The position numbers and the translations under genes are program-made. A stretch of DNA of 64,000 nucleotides, from the NCBI GenBank assembly GCA_965240465.1, contig OZ251219.1, forward strand, positions 64,001-128,000. Direction: 5' to 3'. The first letter of the stretch is position 1. Each line of letters begins with the position of its first letter. The DNA comes from a bacterium. Its GTDB lineage: Bacteria; SAR324; JACQKK01. Positions 62,273 to 64,000 of this stretch are shown here, piece after piece. Under the pieces are notes generated by a model. The model was not told the origin of the DNA and ran no database searches. It was given only the letters and a program-made list of their open reading frames with translations.

Positions 62273-63040
62273 CTAGACCATGCTGTTAATTAATTTTACC
62301 AGTGGGGAGAGCAATCCATGGATTTGCTGATGGGAGTAGCCTCGCTGTAATTCATAGGTGAGTAGCAAAAGCGGGGGATTAGTATGACGAGCATAGCTTC
62401 CCAGCGAACCTGGCGTAGGGTATCCGATGGATCTTTTTAAGGGAACTTTGGCTGAAGTACAGAAGCACTTAATAGCCTGCTGGGTGTCTGTGGTCAGCGT
62501 TTGGAGGGGTCTTTCTATTTCCAGTAGAGTTTCTTTGTAGCTGTGCAAGCTCAAGATAGTGGTAGCACGAGAAAGCTTGAGAGCTTTCAAAAGGGCCTGA
62601 TTTTCGGGTTCTGAAGATGGTTTGTCACCGGGTGGATAGCGTGAATTGAGGGGTTCAGGAGACCAGTCTGGGGTAGGTAGATTACGATTAAGGTCTACGT
62701 TACGTTGATTCCATCGTTGATGAAGTAGTGTGCCATCGGGATTCAAGCAGGGCAGTATGCATATATGTGGAACATAATGCAATAGCAGTTGTGCTAGTAG
62801 CATGCCTTCATGTTCATCGCCGTGGACGCCCGCCAGTACCAATAGGGGAGAGTATCTGTTGACACCAAACAGTTTGATGGTCTGTCCCAAAACAGAGAAA
62901 CCTACTTTACGGCTACTGACGGATAAGGCTTTATTCCAAGTGGGTGGTTCAATTAAGAGTGGCATGGGTATCAATTTGGAAGTCAAATTGGTTTTTGACT
63001 CAGATGTTGATGTCACAGCAGTAACTTTTTTGACAGGCAT
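62273..63040 (-). CDS. mpaA: Murein peptide amidase A-like Zn carboxypeptidase (M14)
   Basis: 'GVHGDE', 'LNPDG', 'VDLNRN', 'SEPEN', 'LSLH', 'GYPTPGSLGSY', 'TYEL'. Confidence 0.85.
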   Translation of the reverse strand: MPVKKVTAVTSTSESKTNLTSKLIPMPLLIEPPTWNKALSVSSRKVGFSVLGQTIKLFGVNRYSPLLVLAGVHGDEHEGMLLAQLLLHYVPHICILPCLNPDGTLLHQRWNQRNVDLNRNLPTPDWSPEPLNSRYPPGDKPSSEPENQALLKALKLSRATTILSLHSYKETLLEIERPLQTLTTDTQQAIKCFCTSAKVPLKRSIGYPTPGSLGSYARHTNPPLLLLTYELQRGYSHQQIHGLLSPLVKLINSMV

Positions 63041-63352
63041 GTTCTAACAAAGTAAGAAAGCGAAAAACAAAAAAACCTATTATAGATTCTCTTACAAATA
63101 CGATGAACTAAGCAAAAAACAAAGATTTACTAGAATCAGACTAACGAAATTACATAAGAATCCATAGCTGTCCTTCACTTGATTTAAGTTCTTTGTTGGA
63201 AGTGGGTACTTAATAGAATTTACTGTAAGTCTCGAGCATCACTGGTGAGCATGAAGCTATTATTCTCTTACTTTTGAGTGCTATGCTGGTAACTATACCC
63301 AAATAACAAGACTTAGTAGCTGGTTTGTTGATAGAAGGAAGAGAAAATTATC

Positions 63353-63814
63353 ATGGCTGAAAAACAAAAATGGCTACAGGATATTCTTAAGAAAGGAAAT
63401 AGGTTGCTGGCCCAAATGTCCCCTTACGCCAATGACGTAGGAGAACACGTGCGAGGTATATTTGGTTCTTCCCCCAGTGAGATATTAGAGCGTGCTGGTG
63501 ACAAAGGACGCTCCATGCGTATGCGTATCATGCAACGGGATTTGGAGCATCAACTGGGTAGGATCTATATCAGGATAGGAAAGTTAGCTTGTAGAAATAT
63601 AAGCGAGGATAAAAATAAAAAAGGTAAGCATGGATTCAGTGAAATGATGCTGTCAGAAATAGTGACCGCAGAAGATGTCCTAAAACAGTTGGATCTCTTG
63701 CGTAAAGAAGCTGAACGAGTGTCTAGAGAAAGGACTACCGGGGCTAAAAAGCAATCTAGTCAAATAGTAAAACCAGGCTTAAAACAAAAAATTAAGAGAC
63801 AAGATGTAAAATAA
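63353..63814 (+). CDS. Hypothetical coiled-coil protein
   Basis: Purine-rich RBS region, 153-aa helical charged ORF; no recognised family. Confidence 0.65.
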   Translation: MAEKQKWLQDILKKGNRLLAQMSPYANDVGEHVRGIFGSSPSEILERAGDKGRSMRMRIMQRDLEHQLGRIYIRIGKLACRNISEDKNKKGKHGFSEMMLSEIVTAEDVLKQLDLLRKEAERVSRERTTGAKKQSSQIVKPGLKQKIKRQDVK

Positions 63815-63830
63815 GAGCATTAAAATCCGA

Positions 63831-63914
63831 GCCGACGTGGTGGAATTGGTAGACACGCTGTCTTGAGGGGGCAGTGGGAGAAATCTCGTGGGAGTTCAAG
63901 TCTCCCCGTCGGCA
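63831..63914 (+). tRNA. tRNA-Leu(GAG)
   Basis: GCCGACG..CGTCGGC-A; CTGTC-TT-GAG-GG-GGCAG; long variable arm; no encoded CCA. Confidence 0.96.
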
Positions 63915-64000
63915 TGATGCTGGAATATTTTTATGGGTTATTATTTTTGACAATGCTGGGAAAGTCTGTCTAGTTCTTCTTGAATAATAGAGGATTCTAA

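Noticed and set aside
1-64000. Selenoprotein (UGA read-through) genes, prompted by selC
   Set aside because: TGA-ending genes here (tuf, rplD, rplF, rpmD, mnmA, TerB-like) appear complete; I saw no interrupted redox motif or SECIS by eye.

Overview
Housekeeping-dense 64 kb window from a Gram-negative, LPS-making (lpxD) bacterium. The proteins look Deltaproteobacteria-like, possibly the SAR324 lineage (inference from protein style only). It carries the str/S10/spc ribosomal genes in a broken, permuted arrangement: rplC is missing from its slot, and rpsS..infA lies about 25 kb from rplB. Also present: ftsA-ftsZ, class II ribonucleotide reductase, dxs, lpxD, dapA, mlaE/mlaD, hemB, dksA, a membrane pyrophosphatase, gnd, aroK, mnmA, guaB, mfd, rpmB, mpaA and four tRNAs (Leu-CAA, Sec-UCA, Ala-GGC, Leu-GAG). 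I see no integrase, transposase, prophage or CRISPR array. Most interesting: (1) a CfpA homologue (the cytoplasmic filament protein known from Treponema) in an apparently non-spirochete genome, near ftsAZ and two degenerate FHA membrane proteins; (2) an unannotated ~170-nt rod-like RNA (6S-like) just upstream of tRNA-Sec; (3) systematic operon fragmentation; (4) a G/C skew that seems to reset with each transcription unit; (5) shared intergenic motifs, a 25-bp tandem repeat, extended ribosomal proteins and a diversifying tandem lipoprotein pair. All calls come from motif recognition by eye; no searches were run.
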